From Macrostomum lignano (taxonomy: Eukaryota), in assembly GCA_002269645.1 (NCBI GenBank), contig NIVC01000702.1, positions 124,001 through 188,000 of the forward strand: a DNA stretch of 64,000 bases, written 5' to 3'. Under the pieces are notes generated by a model. That model ran no database searches. It was given only the letters and a program-made list of their open reading frames with translations, and was not told where the DNA came from. A program made the position numbers and the translations under genes. This document shows positions 39,951-53,464 of the stretch, piece by piece (within the stretch, counting starts at the first letter, position 1; the number at the start of each line of letters is the position of its first letter).

Positions 39951-40170
39951 AGAGGTTGTTGTGGACTAGCGATTTGATGGTCGGGGGTTCGATTCCAGAT
40001 CCCACTCGGAACAATTTGTGTCCTTGAGCAAGACACTTTAACTCTGCATTGCTTCAGTTCACCCAGCCGTAAAATGGGTGCCAGCATTAGCTGGGGTAAG
40101 TGAGGCTGTGTGTGGCGACCCCTCCAGCCTTTGAACAGCCGTACGCAGCCTTCAAATTCAACAGCTGTCA
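39951..40170 (+). mobile_element. tRNA-derived SINE, copy C
   Basis: B box GGTTCGATTCC, GTGTCCTTGAGCAAGACACTT, and 3' end CTTCAAATTCAACAGCTGT shared with copy B. Confidence 0.85.
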
Positions 40171-40894
40171 AATTCAAAATCTAGCACTGCACCGATTCAA
40201 AACCATCATAGTGAAACTCAGTTAAAATTTAAATTGCTTGTTTCCTAATAAATCATAATAATTTTTACTATTTATTAATATTAATATTTAATCGCGTTCT
40301 TAGATCTGCTCTGAATCTTTTCAAACTATATTTATTGGTACACTAACACTTTTTTGCACATTAGCAATTCCTTGATCAGATCGATTATTGTTAATTAGTG
40401 GTAGAAATTAGATGTTGCTTATTCTCCCCATACTACTACTGTTTTTGATTTTCAGTAGTATGAGTTTTAAATCTACGGAAATCGAAGTTTTGATTATTGT
40501 CATTTATGTAATGCGTTTTTTTGAATTGCAAAACTATATAAAAGCTATTATTGAGAAAGATTTTTGTCAAAGATAAATAACAAAGTCTGCCCGCTGTAAA
40601 TGACAGCTTTGGTCTTTTATATATTATGACAGTTTTGTTCCTAAACTTACTACTTCATTTCCTATTTGCTATTGTAATATGTTTTTAAATAATAATGAAA
40701 TGATTATTATTGACTATGGACTTGAGTTTCTGTTGATGCCGTGTTTTGTTGGTTATGTCAAACGCCAGAAAATAATATATGTGGTTTTAAAATATGGGCC
40801 TCTTTGGCCACAATGAAAGATTGCTGAAGGCAGACTTTCAATTTTGCTTTGGTGTCGTAGATTGTCATTTTTATATTTTTAGCCCAGGCGTTTT

Positions 40895-42425
40895 TTAGAC
40901 TAGAGTGCCACTTTTGTAGACTAGAGTGCCACTTTTGTAGACTAGAATGCCACTTTTGTAGACTAGAGTGCCACTTTTGTAGACTAGAGTGCCACTTTTG
41001 TAGACTAGAGTGACACTTTTGTAGACTAGAGTGCCACTTTTGTAGACTAGAGTGACACTTTTGTAGACCAGAGTGCCACTTTTGTAGACTAGAGTGACAC
41101 TTTTGTAGACCTAGAGTGCCACTTTTTTAGGTTTATAGTGCCACTTTTGTAGACTAGAGTGCCACTTTTGTAGACTTAAAGTGCCACTTTTGTAGACTAG
41201 AGTGCCACTTTTGTAGACTTAAAGTGCCACTTTTGTAGACTAGAGTGCCACTTTTGTAGACTTATAGTGCCACTTTTGTAGACTAGAGTGACACTTTTGT
41301 AGACCTAGAGTGCCACTTTTTTAGGTTTATAGTGCCACTTTTGTAGACTAGAGTGCCACTTTTGTAGACTAGAGTGCCACTTTTGTAGACTTAAAGTGCC
41401 ACTTTTGTAGACTAGAGTGCCACTTTTGTAGACTTATAGTGCCACTTTTGTAGACTAGAGTGCCACTTTTGTAGACTTAAAGTGCCACTTTTGTAGACTA
41501 GAGTGCCACTTTTGTAGACTTAAAGTGCCACTTTTGTAGACTAGAGTGCCACTTTTGTAGACTTATAGTGCCACTTTTGTAGACTAGAGTGCCACTTTTG
41601 TTTACTTATAGTGCCACTTTTGTAGACTTATAGTGCCACTTTTGTAGACTAGAGTGCCACTTTTGTAGACTAGACTATAGTGCCACTTTTGTAGACTTAT
41701 AGTGCCACTTTTGTAGACTAGAGTGCCACTTTTGTTTACTTATAGTGCCACTTTTGTAGACTTATAGTGCCACTTTTGTAGACTAGAGTGCCACTTTTGT
41801 AGACTAGAGTGCCACTTTTGTAGACTAGAGTACCACTTTTGTAGACTAGAGTGCCACTTTTGTTTACTTATAGTGCCACTTTTGTAGACTAGAGTACCAC
41901 TTTTGTAGACTTAAAGTGCCACTTTTGTAGACTTATAGTGCCACTTTTGTAGACTAGAGTGCCACTTTTGTAGACTAGAGTGCCACTTTTGTAGACTTAT
42001 AGTGCCACTTTTGTAGACTAGAGTGCCACTTTTGTTTACTTATAGTGCCACTTTTGTAGACTTATAGTGCCACTTTTGTAGACTAGAGTGCCACTTTTGT
42101 AGACTAGAGTGCCACTTTTGTAGACTAGAGTGCCACTTTTGTAGACTAGAGTGCCACTTTTGTTTACTTATAGTGCCACTTTTGTAGACTAGAGTACCAC
42201 TTTTGTAGACTTAAAGTGCCACTTTTGTAGACTTATAGTGCCACTTTTGTAGACTAGAGTGCCACTTTTGTAGACTAGAGTGCCACTTTTGTAGACTAGA
42301 GTGCCACTTTTGTAGACTAGAGTGCCACTTTTGTAGACTAAAGTGCCACTTTTGTAGACTTATAGTGCCACTTTTGTTAGCTTATAGTGCCACTTTTGTA
42401 GACTTATAGTGCCACTTTTGTAGAC
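40895..42425. repeat. 21-bp minisatellite (TTTTGTAGACTAGAGTGCCAC)n
   Basis: Direct reading; it ends about 60 bp before the PHKB ATG. Confidence 0.95.
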
Positions 42426-42486
42426 TAATAGTGGCGCTTTTGTTTCCTGCTGGTTAACCGAATAACATTATCCCATCATATGGCTC

Positions 42487-45400
42487 ATGCCACCTCACCA
42501 AGCAGCAGAACAGAGAACAATGTCAAAAAGGAACAGCGCCACATCGTCGGACATATTCGGCATTTTATCCAACGAGCTGCCCCAGTATAATCAGACAGTG
42601 TTGCAGCAGTTCTATCAGCGCTGCTCAGGCCAGATCCTGCCTTATCAGCACCCGATCACTGGCCTGTTCCCTCTGTACCCTGAGTCCGATCCCCCTTGCT
42701 ATGCCGGACACGTTCGTGACAATATCTACATAGCAACTAGCATCTGGGCTCTGGCTCAGGTGTACCGCAAAACCGATCAGGACAGCGGTCGCTGCTGGGA
42801 GTTGCGTCAGCGCGCCTTGAAATGCATGCGATCGATATTGAATTTCTGGATGACGCAAACTGATCGGCTGGAAGCTTTTAAAGAACAGCAAAGTCCAAGG
42901 CGATGCTTGCTGACTGTGTTCGACTATCGGACTGGCGGGGAGCTGATTGACTCCGCTTTTAAGGGCTACCAGCATCACCAGCTGGACTCTGTCGGTCTGT
43001 TTGTGCTGATGAGCATTCAGATGATCAGCTCTGGTTTGGAGATTGTTCATACTAAGACTGAGGTGAGCGTCAAGTCTTGAGCATCAAACTGTCCGATTCT
43101 TGGGTGTCAAAGTGTCCGATTCTTGACTGTCAAAGTGTCCGATTCTTTAGTGTCAAAGTGTCCGATTTTTTAGTGTCAAAGTGTCCGATTTTTGAGTATC
43201 AAAGTGTCCGATTCTTGACTGTCAAAGTGTCCGATTCTTGAGTATCAAAGTGTCCGATTCTTGAGTATCAAAGTGTCCGATTCTTGAGTATCAAAGTGTC
43301 CGATTCTTTAGTGTCAAAGTGTCCGATTCTTGGGTGTCAAAGTGTCCGATTCTTGACTGTCAAAGTGTCCGATTCTTGAGTATCAAAGTGTCCGATTCTT
43401 GAGTATCAAAGTGTCCGATTCTTTAGTGTCAAAGTGTCCGATTCTTGGGTGTCAAAGTGTCCGATTCTTGACTGTCAAAGTGTCCGATTCTTTAGTGTCA
43501 AAGTGTCCGATTTTTTAGTGTCAAAGTGTCCGATTTTTGAGTATCAAAGTGTCCGATTCTTGACTGTCAAAGTGTCCGATTCTTGAGTATCAAAGTGTCC
43601 GATTCTTGAGTATCAAAGTGTCCGATTCTTGAGTATCAAAGTGTCCGATTCTTTAGTGTCAAAGTGTCCGATTCTTGACTGTCAAAGTGTCCGATTCTTG
43701 ACTGTCAAAGTGTCCGATTCTTGAGTATCAAAGTGTCCGATTCTTGAGTATCAAAGTGTCCGATTCTTGAGTATCAAAGTGTCCGATTCTTGACTGTCAA
43801 AGTGTCCGATTCTTGACTGTCAAAGTGTCCGATTCTTGAGTATCAAAGTGTCCGATTCTTGAGTATCAAAGTGTCCGATTCTTGAGTATCAAAGTGTCCG
43901 ATTCTTGACTGTCAAAGTGTCCGATTCTTGAGTATCAAAGTGTCCGATTCTTGAGTATCAAAGTGTCCGATTCTTGACTGTCAAAGTGTCCGATTCTTGA
44001 GTATCAAAGTGTCCGATTCTTGAGTATCAAAGTGTCCGATTCTTGAGTATCAAAGTGTCCGATTCTTGACTGTCAAAGTGTCCGATTCTTGACTGTCAAA
44101 GTGTCCGATTCTTGAGTATCAAAGTGTCCGATTCTTGACTGTCAAAGTGTCCGATTCTTGAGTATCAAAGTGTCCGATTCTTGAGTATCAAAGTGTCCGA
44201 TTCTTGACTGTCAAAGTGTCCGATTCTTGAGTATCAAAGTGTCCAATTCTTGAGTATCAAAGTGTCCGATTCTTGAGTATCAAAGTGTCCGATTCTTGAG
44301 TATCAAAGTGTCCGATTCTTGACTGTCAAAGTGTCCGATTCTTGACTGTCAAAGTGTATGATTCTTGAGTATCAAAGTGTCCGATTCTTGACTGTCAAAG
44401 TGTCCGATTCTTGAGTATCAAAGTGTCCGATTCTTGAGTATCAAAGTGTCCGATTCTTGACTGTCAAAGTGTCCGATTCTTGACTGTCAAAGTGTCCGAT
44501 TCTTGGGTATCAAAGTGTCCGATTCTTGACTGTCAAAGTGTCCGATTCTTGACCGTCAAAGTGTCCGATTCTTGAGTATCAAAGTGTCCGATTCTTGACT
44601 GTCAAAGTGTCCGATTCTTGAGTATCAAAGTGTCCGATTCTTTAGTGTCAAAGTGTCCGATTCTTGACTGTAAAAGTGTCCGATTCCTGAGTATCAAAGT
44701 GTCCGATTCTTGAAGGTCAAAGTGTCCGATTCTTGAGCGTTAAAGCCGCGCTTGCTCAATAAACCTAGCTTCCCTAATTCCAAACCAATCCCCATTGGCA
44801 GGTAAACGTATTCCAGAACCTGATATTCTACCTAGAGCGGGCCTACCGCATCCCGGACTTCGGCATGTGGGAGCGCGGCACCAAGCAGAACACTGGCAGC
44901 GTGGAGCTGCACGCCAGCTCCGTTGGCTTCGCCAAGGCCGCCCTGGAAGCGGCCAACAGTTTCAACGTGTTCGGCCAGTCTGGCGATCACACCACCGTGA
45001 TCCACGTTGACATCGATGCCCATTCTAGGAATCGGATTATTCTCACTAATCTGCTGCCTAGGGAGAGCGCCACCAAAGGCTGCGATAGTTCGCTAATACC
45101 CACCCTGTGCTGGCCGGGTCACGCTACGCACGAGTCTGTGAGGAAATCCGCTCTGCAGAACGTGTTCGACCGGTTCCGTGGCGACTACGGCTTCAAACGG
45201 TTCTCCAGAGACGGCTACGGCTGCGCTATGGAGACCAGCGGCACTGGGCCGCACCGGCGGGTTCAGTACTCCCACGGCGAGCTGAAGACATTCGAGCATG
45301 TGGAATGTCAATGGCCGATATTCTATGCTTTCCTGGTCATTGAGCACTGTCTGCAGGGCGATACGAAGACTGCCACGGTGTACAAACGGAAGCTGGACTC

Positions 45401-48400
45401 GCTGCTGGTGGAACTGGATTCCGATGGCGCCGTGTGAGTTGTTTTGAGTCCCCATCCCGTAGCTTAATACCCATCCCGTAGCTTAATCCGCATCCAGTAG
45501 CTTAATCCCCATCCCGTATCTTAATCCCCATCCCGTATCTTAATCCCCATCCCGTAGCTTAATCCTTATCCCGTAGCTTAATCCGCATCCAGTAGCTTAA
45601 TCCCCATCCCGTAGCTTAATCCGCATCCCGTAGCTTAATCCGCATCCAGTAGCTTATTCCCCATCCCGTAGCTTAATCTCCATCCCGTAGCTTAATCCCC
45701 ATCCCGTAGCTTAATCCGCATCCAGTAGCTTATTCCCCATCCCGTAGCTTAATCTCCATCCCGTAGCTTAATTCCCATCACCTTAGCTTAATCCCCATCC
45801 CGTAGCTTAATCCTCATTCCGTAGCTTAATCCCCATCCCGTAGCTTAATCCTCATTCCGTAGCTTAATCCCAATCCTTGATGCAGATTGATGCAACCACA
45901 AATGCAGCCCCAAATCCCCATTCGAAATCTTAATCCCTATTTGAAGTCGATCGAACTCCCTGCTCCATCCAGCCCGCCCCCCTGGGATCCGAGTTCGCGT
46001 CAGCAGCAGCAGCAGCCACGCCGTTGGATGCCGAAGTTCTACTTTGTGCCTCGCGACTACCTGCAGGACGAGTACAGCAACCCGGGCAGTCAGACGCGCC
46101 GGCCCAACTTTCAACTTGGCGATCCCATCTTCCTGTGGGGCGAAGCCGTCATGCTCATCGCCGACCTGATGGAGTCCGGCTACCTCATGGCGCACGATTT
46201 GGATCTACTTCGCCGCCATAAGCCGTTTCACGAGCGGCCGTTGGATCTGTCAAGGCGCGTGCCGTTTATTAACAAGCTGCAGGATCTGGTGGTGCAGGTG
46301 GTGCTCATTTCCGAGTCTGTGCGGCTGCAGCAGATGCTGGCTACCTTTGGTGTGCAGAGCCAGACTCCTACTCAGGTGAGATGTTTATTCTGTCTGTGTC
46401 TGTCTGTCTGCCTGCCTGTCTGTCTGTCTGTCTGCCTGTCTGCCTGTCTGTCTGTCTGTCTGTCTGTGCCTGTCTGCCTGCCTGTCTGTCTGTCTGTCTG
46501 CCTGTCTCTGTCTGTCTGTCTGTCTGTCTGTCTGCCTGTCTGTCTGTCTGTCTGTCTGTCTGCCTGTCTGTCTGTCTGCCTGTCTGCCTCTGTCTGTCTG
46601 CCTGTCTGTCTGTCTGCCTGTCTGTCTGTCTGTGATTTAATCTTTCAGTCTGTTATACCTACAGTGTCTGCCTTGAACCGCAGGTGGAGCCCATCACCCT
46701 GTGGCCGTCAAAGAATCTGATTCGCGTTCAGGAATGCCTGGGCAGATGCGACCGCCTTAGCCTGTCCGGCCGGCCGCTCCGTCCGATTGGGCAGCTGGGC
46801 ACGGCCAAGTTCTACAGGGTCCCGGGCCGCACCGTGCTGTGCTACCCGCTGCTGTTCGAGATGCGCGACTTCTACCTGCTGCACGATATGGACATGGTCA
46901 TCGATGAGGTGTGCGCTTTGACTCAGAACTATTAATAGTGTTCTCAGACTTTACTCTAGAGTCTAAGGAGTGCTCAGAATCAAATCTAGAATACAAGGAG
47001 TGCTCAGATTCAAATCTAGAATGCAAGGAGTGCTCAGAATCAAATATAAAATGCAAGGAGTGCTCAGAATCAAATATAGAATATAAGGAGTGCTCAGACC
47101 CTTTAAGCACTCTGAGTGCTCTGAGCACTATAGGAAGTGCTCATACTCAAATCTGGAATACTTGCAGGAAGTGCTCAGATTCAAACACTAGTGAAATGCC
47201 CAGAATTCTAAGCACAACTGACCGGTAATTCCCACAGGTGCGGACCAATCTGTTGTTCCTCTCCACTTGGTGGCGCCTGAAAGGCCGTCCAACTTTCTGC
47301 TTTCTGCTTCGAGAAGACATGATCCGGGCAGCGGGAGCCAAGCAGCTCATCGCCTTTCTCACCAGCATGCGTAGCGGCTGGGTCAACGACGTTCGAGTCC
47401 TGCTCGGCCGAGCGCAGAATCTTCTCGCTAGCGCCTGCGTGGACCACCTGGACTACCTGCAGGATCATAATCACGCATTTCGCGACCTGCCCAGCGTTGA
47501 GGAGCTCAGCGTTGAGAAATCGTTCCGCTCCCTGATGAACATTCAAGGTCACGCCGCGGTGGCCATTGAGCAGGAAGAATGGATTGATACAAGACGGGTT
47601 GAGTCCAGCAATTCTGAGCAGCTTTGCCAGCTTATCGACACAGCGTCGCTTAATATGGGGCCAAAGACTCAACTGCTGCACATGCTGGTTGACAGGCACG
47701 GCGCTGATTATGTTCTGCCTGGTGCGTTGTTTAAATTTGACCATGATACAATACAATCTTTACAATCCTTGATAACAATTTCCAAAATTAGATTCCTCAT
47801 CACTGACATGCCCCTGAAATCCTCCCAATTTATTCTCGAAAACCCTGAAACTTAATTTCCCAAATCTTTGATCTTAAATTCCCCTCCAGATCCTCAAACT
47901 TAATTTCCCTCCAGATCTTCAAACCTAATTCCCCTCAGATCCTAAAACTTAATTCCCTCCAGATCCTCAAACTTAATTTCCCTCCAGATCCTCAAACTTA
48001 ATTCCCCTCAGATCCTCAAACCTGATTCCCCTCAGATCCTCAAACTTAATTCCCTCCAGATCCTCAAACTTAATTCCCCTCAGATCCTCAAACTTAATTC
48101 CCCTCAGATCCTCAAACTTAATTTCCCCTTAGATCCTCAAACTTAATTCTCCTCAGATCCTCAAACTTAATTTCCCTCCAGATCCTCAATTCCCCTCCAT
48201 GTCTTTAAACCTAATTCCCTTCAGATCCTCAAACTTAATTCCCCTCAGATCCTCAAACTTAATTCCCTCCAGATCCTCAAACTTAATTTCCCTCCAGATC
48301 CTCAAACTTAATTCCCCTCAGATCCTCAAACTTAATTTCCCTCAGATCCTCAAACTTAATTCCCTCCAGATCCTCAAACTTAATTCCCCTCAGATCCTCA

Positions 48401-51264
48401 AACTTAATTCCCCTCAGATCCTCAAACTTAATTCCCCTCAGATCCTCGAACTTAATTCCCCTCAGATCCTCGAACTTAATTCCCCTCAGATCCTCAAACT
48501 TAATTCCCCTCAGATCCTCAAACTTAATTCCCTCCAGATCCTCAAACTTAATTCCCCTCTATGTCTTCAAACTTAATTTCCCTCCAGATCATCAAATTTA
48601 ATTCTATCCAGATCCTTAAACTTAATTCCCCTCAGATCCTCAAACTTAATTCCCTCCAGATCCTCAAACTTAATTCCCCTCCATGTCTTCAAACTTAATT
48701 TCCCTCCAGATCATCAAACTTAATTCCCTCCAGATCCTCAAACTTAATTCCCCTCAGATCCTCGAACTTAATTCCCCTCAGATCCTCAAACTTAATTCCC
48801 CTCAGATCCTCAAACTTAATTTCCCTCCAGATCCTCAAACTTAATTTCCCTCCAGATCCTCAAACTTAATTTCCCTCCAGATCCTCAAACTTAATTTCCC
48901 TCCAGATCCTCAAACTTAATTCCCCTCAGATCCTCAAACTTAATTTCCCTCCAGATCCTCAAACTTATTCTCTCCAGATCCTCAAACTTAATTCCCCTCC
49001 ATGTCTTCAAACTTAATTCCCTCCAGATCATCAAATTTAATTACATCCAGATCCTCAAACTTAATTCCCCTCAGATCCTCAAACTTAATTCCCTCCAGAT
49101 CCTCAAACTTAATTCCCCTCTATGTCTTCAAACTTAATTTCCCTCCAGATCATCAAATTTAATTCTATCCAGATCCTTAAACTTAATTCCCCTCAGATCC
49201 TCAAACTTAGTTCCCTCCAGATCCTCAAACTTAATTCCCCTCCATGTCTTCAAACTTAATTTCCCTCCAGATCATCAAATTTAATTCCATCCAGATCCTC
49301 AAACTTAATTTCCCTCCAGATCCTCAAACTTAATTTCCCTCAGATCCTCAAACTTAATTGCCCTCAGATCCTCAAACTTAAATCCTTACAGATCCTCAAA
49401 CTGATTCCCCAAATCCTCAAAGTTAATTCCCCAGTATGCTCCAGCTATTTTTTTAAATCCCTAATTTTCAAACCCTCAAGGCTAGACTCATAAAATCCCC
49501 ACTATCACACCTCAATGCCAGGCGCCAATGAGACGGTGGCTCAGCGCCTTGAGGAAATGAGCCGGACTGCCGGAGTTCAACAACGCTGGGCCATCGTTCG
49601 CTATGCCTCGGCCATCCTACGCAAAGAGGTGGACAGCCTCGCGCCCTCCCTGTCCAATGTTATCGTGGCTGGCAAGCGGATCATCATCGGGTCGGACATT
49701 GTGATTGACAGGCCGCTGACACCCAAGGAGCTCTGCCAGATTCTCTACGCTCATTATCCACCGGGACCGTCTGGCAAGGCTGTGCTGCTTCAGGAGCTGA
49801 TTCTGTTTCTAGGCTCGCTGATCTGCCGAGACAGCGTGCTGTTCCGTGGCATTCACTACATCAGACTGGACCCTCTGATTGACGCTCTGGATATTGAGTT
49901 GGCCAACGTCAACGATCCGCTGTTCGGCGGCTGCAAGATACTGCAGAATCTGTCGCCGTATAAGGTTTTTTACTTTATTCTATTTGCCTGCTTCTCACTG
50001 ATTTTACTGTCTGCAATCTAATGTCTCTCTCTCCTCTCCCTCTCCTCTCCCTTTCCTCTCTCTCCTCCCTCTCCCGCTCTCCTCTCTCTCTCCCTCTCTT
50101 CTCTCCATCTCCATCTCTCTCTCCTCTCCCTCTCCTCTCTCCTCTCCCTCTCCCTCTCCTCTCCCCTTCCTCTATCTCCTCTCTCTTATCTTTCTCCCTT
50201 CTCTCTCTCTCTTTTCTCCCTCTCCCTCTCTCTTCTCTCCCTCTCTCTTCTTCCATTTCCATTCCTCTCCCTCTCCCTCTCTCCCCTCTCTCCTTTCTCT
50301 CCCTCTCTTCTCTCCCGTTCTCTCCTCTCCCCCTGGCTTCTCACTCTCTCCATTTCCTTAACTGTCATTCCCTCCTTACTGTCCCTCCGTCTCTCCTTTC
50401 CCTCGCTCCCCCCTCCCCTATCTCACCTCCCCCTTCTCCCTATCTCCCTATTCCTACGCCGAGAGGCCATATTTATTGGTGACTGATTATGCTAATGAGC
50501 GCTAATCTCCAAGATAGAATGTACATCCCTTACATGTAGAGTCAGGGCCGCTGAAAAACCCTTTGTAAGCGTGTGCCTCTGCCTACGTATCTTGTGTGCG
50601 TGCTTAGTGGGCAGTCCCTACACTAATTAGTTCTGATAAAACCACACAATCTTCATCCAACCGCAACCGTCTCCCACCCGCCCAGGTGAAATCCCTAATA
50701 GTGTCCATCCTGGACCATCGGCAGTCGCGCCATCCCTACTGGCAGCGGCGTATCGACGGCTGCCTCTGCCGAGTGCCGTCCGGTTTCTACGAAGGCGTCT
50801 ACGGCGTTCTAGAGGCCTGCTCAGGCGGCATCCGGATCGGGCACACCCTCATTGAGCAGCACCCCTGCCTGAACGACATGTCCCGCAACGATGCCAACTT
50901 TGTGTTCGCAGTCCAATCGACTCTGGCCAGGGAGACCGCCAATCCCGCCCTGCGCCAGATGATGGTCGAGGCCCTAGTCATTATCGAGCTAATCCTGCAG
51001 AGAAATCCCGAGCTAAAAGTTAAAGAGGAACTCGACGTGCTCAGCATTGTTGATGAGGCTTGGCGCGATTTCAAAATCGAACACCGTCTGGATGGTCCGG
51101 AGTTCGAAAAATCGATGAACAAATTCTACGAAACCGAATCGGTTGTGTCCCGCGGTACTTCCAGTTTTATTGCCAAATCTGCTTTGAACTTTCTGCTGAA
51201 AGGAGAAATTGCACTGGACCAACGGGGCAAAGAGTTTGGCGGCAGCGCGTGCAAGCTGTCTTAG
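42487..51264 (+). CDS. PHKB: Phosphorylase kinase regulatory subunit beta, 7 exons, ~1110-1140 aa
   Basis: Exons 42487-43062, 44802-45433, 45886 (or 45973)-46375, 46684-46908, 47238-47721, 49522-49964, 50686-51264. Beta-type motifs ERAYRIPDFGMWERG, ELHASSVGFAKAALEA, VDIDAHSRNR, GFKRFSRDGY; C-terminal CaaX CKLS. The exon 6 donor (GTTTTT) is weak. Confidence 0.9.
43085..44735. repeat. 23-bp minisatellite (TCAAAGTGTCCGATTCTTGAGTA)n
   Basis: Direct reading; PHKB intron 1. Confidence 0.95.
45450..45870. repeat. 19-bp minisatellite (CTTAATCCCCATCCCGTAG)n
   Basis: Direct reading; PHKB intron 2. Confidence 0.95.
46390..46632. repeat. (CTGT)n microsatellite
   Basis: Direct reading; PHKB intron 3. 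Confidence 0.95.
46920..47215. repeat. 30-bp degenerate tandem repeat (GGAGTGCTCAGAATCAAATCTAGAATACAA)n
   Basis: Direct reading; PHKB intron 4. Confidence 0.85.
47840..49430. repeat. 24-bp minisatellite (CAGATCCTCAAACTTAATTCCCCT)n
   Basis: Direct reading; PHKB intron 5. Confidence 0.95.
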
Positions 51265-51524
51265 AAACTCAGGCCGAACTCTGCGTGCTTTCTTTGGTGC
51301 CGGTAAAATTTGAGTTTCAGACCAACTGAATGATTTTTTGTTATTTTGTGTAGCTCAGTAAGCCTTAGTTTGTATAGTTAGTTTAGAGACTAGCTAATCA
51401 CATTGGCTCTCATTTGCAACCCGTTTCGTGCTATTCTTAAGCAATCATATTAGTCTCTTATTTAATAGGTTGTTGTTTCATTGTTTCGTTGTTTCATAGC
51501 AATCCTGTTACAGTAGGCAACAGA

Positions 51525-51569
51525 CAGACAGACAGACAGACAGGCAGGCAGGCAGACAGACAGATACTA

Positions 51570-51618
<49 letters not shown>

Positions 51619-51637
51619 GGCAGGCAGACAGATACTA

Positions 51638-51702
<65 letters not shown>

Positions 51703-51821
51703 GGCAGGCAGACAGATACTAAGACAGACAGACAGATACTAAGACAGACAGACAGATACTAAGACAGACAGACAGATACTAAGACAGACAGACAGATACT
51801 AAGACAGACAGACAGATACTA

Positions 51822-51854
<33 letters not shown>

Positions 51855-51973
51855 GGCAGGCAGACAGATACTAAGACAGACAGACAGATACTAAGACAGA
51901 CAGACAGATACTAAGACAGACAGACAGATACTAAGACAGACAGACAGATACTAAGACAGACAGACAGATACTA

Positions 51974-52006
<33 letters not shown>

Positions 52007-52125
52007 GGCAGGCAGACAGATACTAAGACAGACAGACAGATACTAAGACAGACAGACAGATACTAAGACAGACAGACAGATACTAAGACAGACAGACAGA
52101 TACTAAGACAGACAGACAGATACTA

Positions 52126-52158
<33 letters not shown>

Positions 52159-52305
52159 GGCAGGCAGACAGATACTAAGACAGACAGACAGATACTAAGA
52201 CAGACAGACAGATACTAAGACAGACAGACAGATACTAAGACAGACAGACAGATACTAAGACAGACAGACAGATACTAAGACAGACAGACAGACAGACAGA
52301 CAGAC
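51525..52305. repeat. (GACA)n array with periodic TACTAA interruptions
   Basis: Direct reading. Confidence 0.95.
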
Positions 52306-53464
52306 CCCGCGATAGTCTAATCTAAAAAAATGTTCCGCAATTCTTGCTGTCAATCAAAACAATTGGCTCGTATTTGCCGTGCCCCATAGTTATTATCATG
52401 GTTTTTACACGTAATTGAAGTTGGGTATCGATTTGTAATGTTAATTAACCTTTTCGCGCCGGAGCTAGAAATACAAAAGCTCCGTTCCTGCCGACATGAT
52501 CAGCAGGGCTGGCCATAGACTATAGCTAGCTAGAATCTTAATGCGCCGCTGTGCAAAGCCTTTCTAGCCGAGAAGGGAGCATCTTATACTTGGCTTGGAC
52601 AAATCTTGGGTCGAAAAAAGCAGTTTCAAAGTGCATTTCACTTAATGCTCTCTATATAGATTATGCAGTGTGTACACTCGATATGTAGCTATAGACTCTA
52701 CAGTTCACTTTAAAATCTGCAAACAGGCATTTTTGAAAGAGAAAGCACTGCACCTACTTAATACGAGTAGTGTGAAATTTTGCATACATCGGATTCTGAG
52801 ACTGTTGATGTCATCACAGAGAATGCTGAAACCGATTCGCTGCATTCCATTGCAGATAAGTAGGACTTGCTGCTGACCATACTCGGCAGGAACGGCTGCT
52901 GTGAAGCACATAACTTTTCTTTTACCATTGACTCCAAAAAAATTACCGGCAGTAAAGGCTGTTGGTCCATGGTCAGGCTGACCATCCTGACCATAAAAAT
53001 TTGTGCCCTGATGTAACAAAAGTAAATGCCAGCTGTGATATCAACAGTTTTCAAAAAAACATTCTTTTATGATACTATCGTGTGCTAGCTATACTACTCG
53101 TGCAGGTTTTTTGCAAATCTAAAAATGCCAATTTTTAGCGCGATTTTTTTTCTATTAATTATCAAGCATAGATACTAAAGAGGCCTCTGCTGAATCGTTG
53201 ATATTTTAGCTAATTAATTATCTCCTATTCAAGTCGGTTTTATAGCCGTAGTGTCATTATGTACTTATATATATATATTGTAAACTTAATAATTGCGTTT
53301 GCAAATGAATTTTTTTCTATTGATTTTTTCTATTGACAACTTTTGTTGGGTTTGATTAATGGATGCATTTTGAATATTTTGTAGTTCAATTCAGCATTTC
53401 CTATTGTTAATAAGTTGCACTTGTCCGGTCTGAAGATTTACGCTTTACCTACTGATTAACAATC

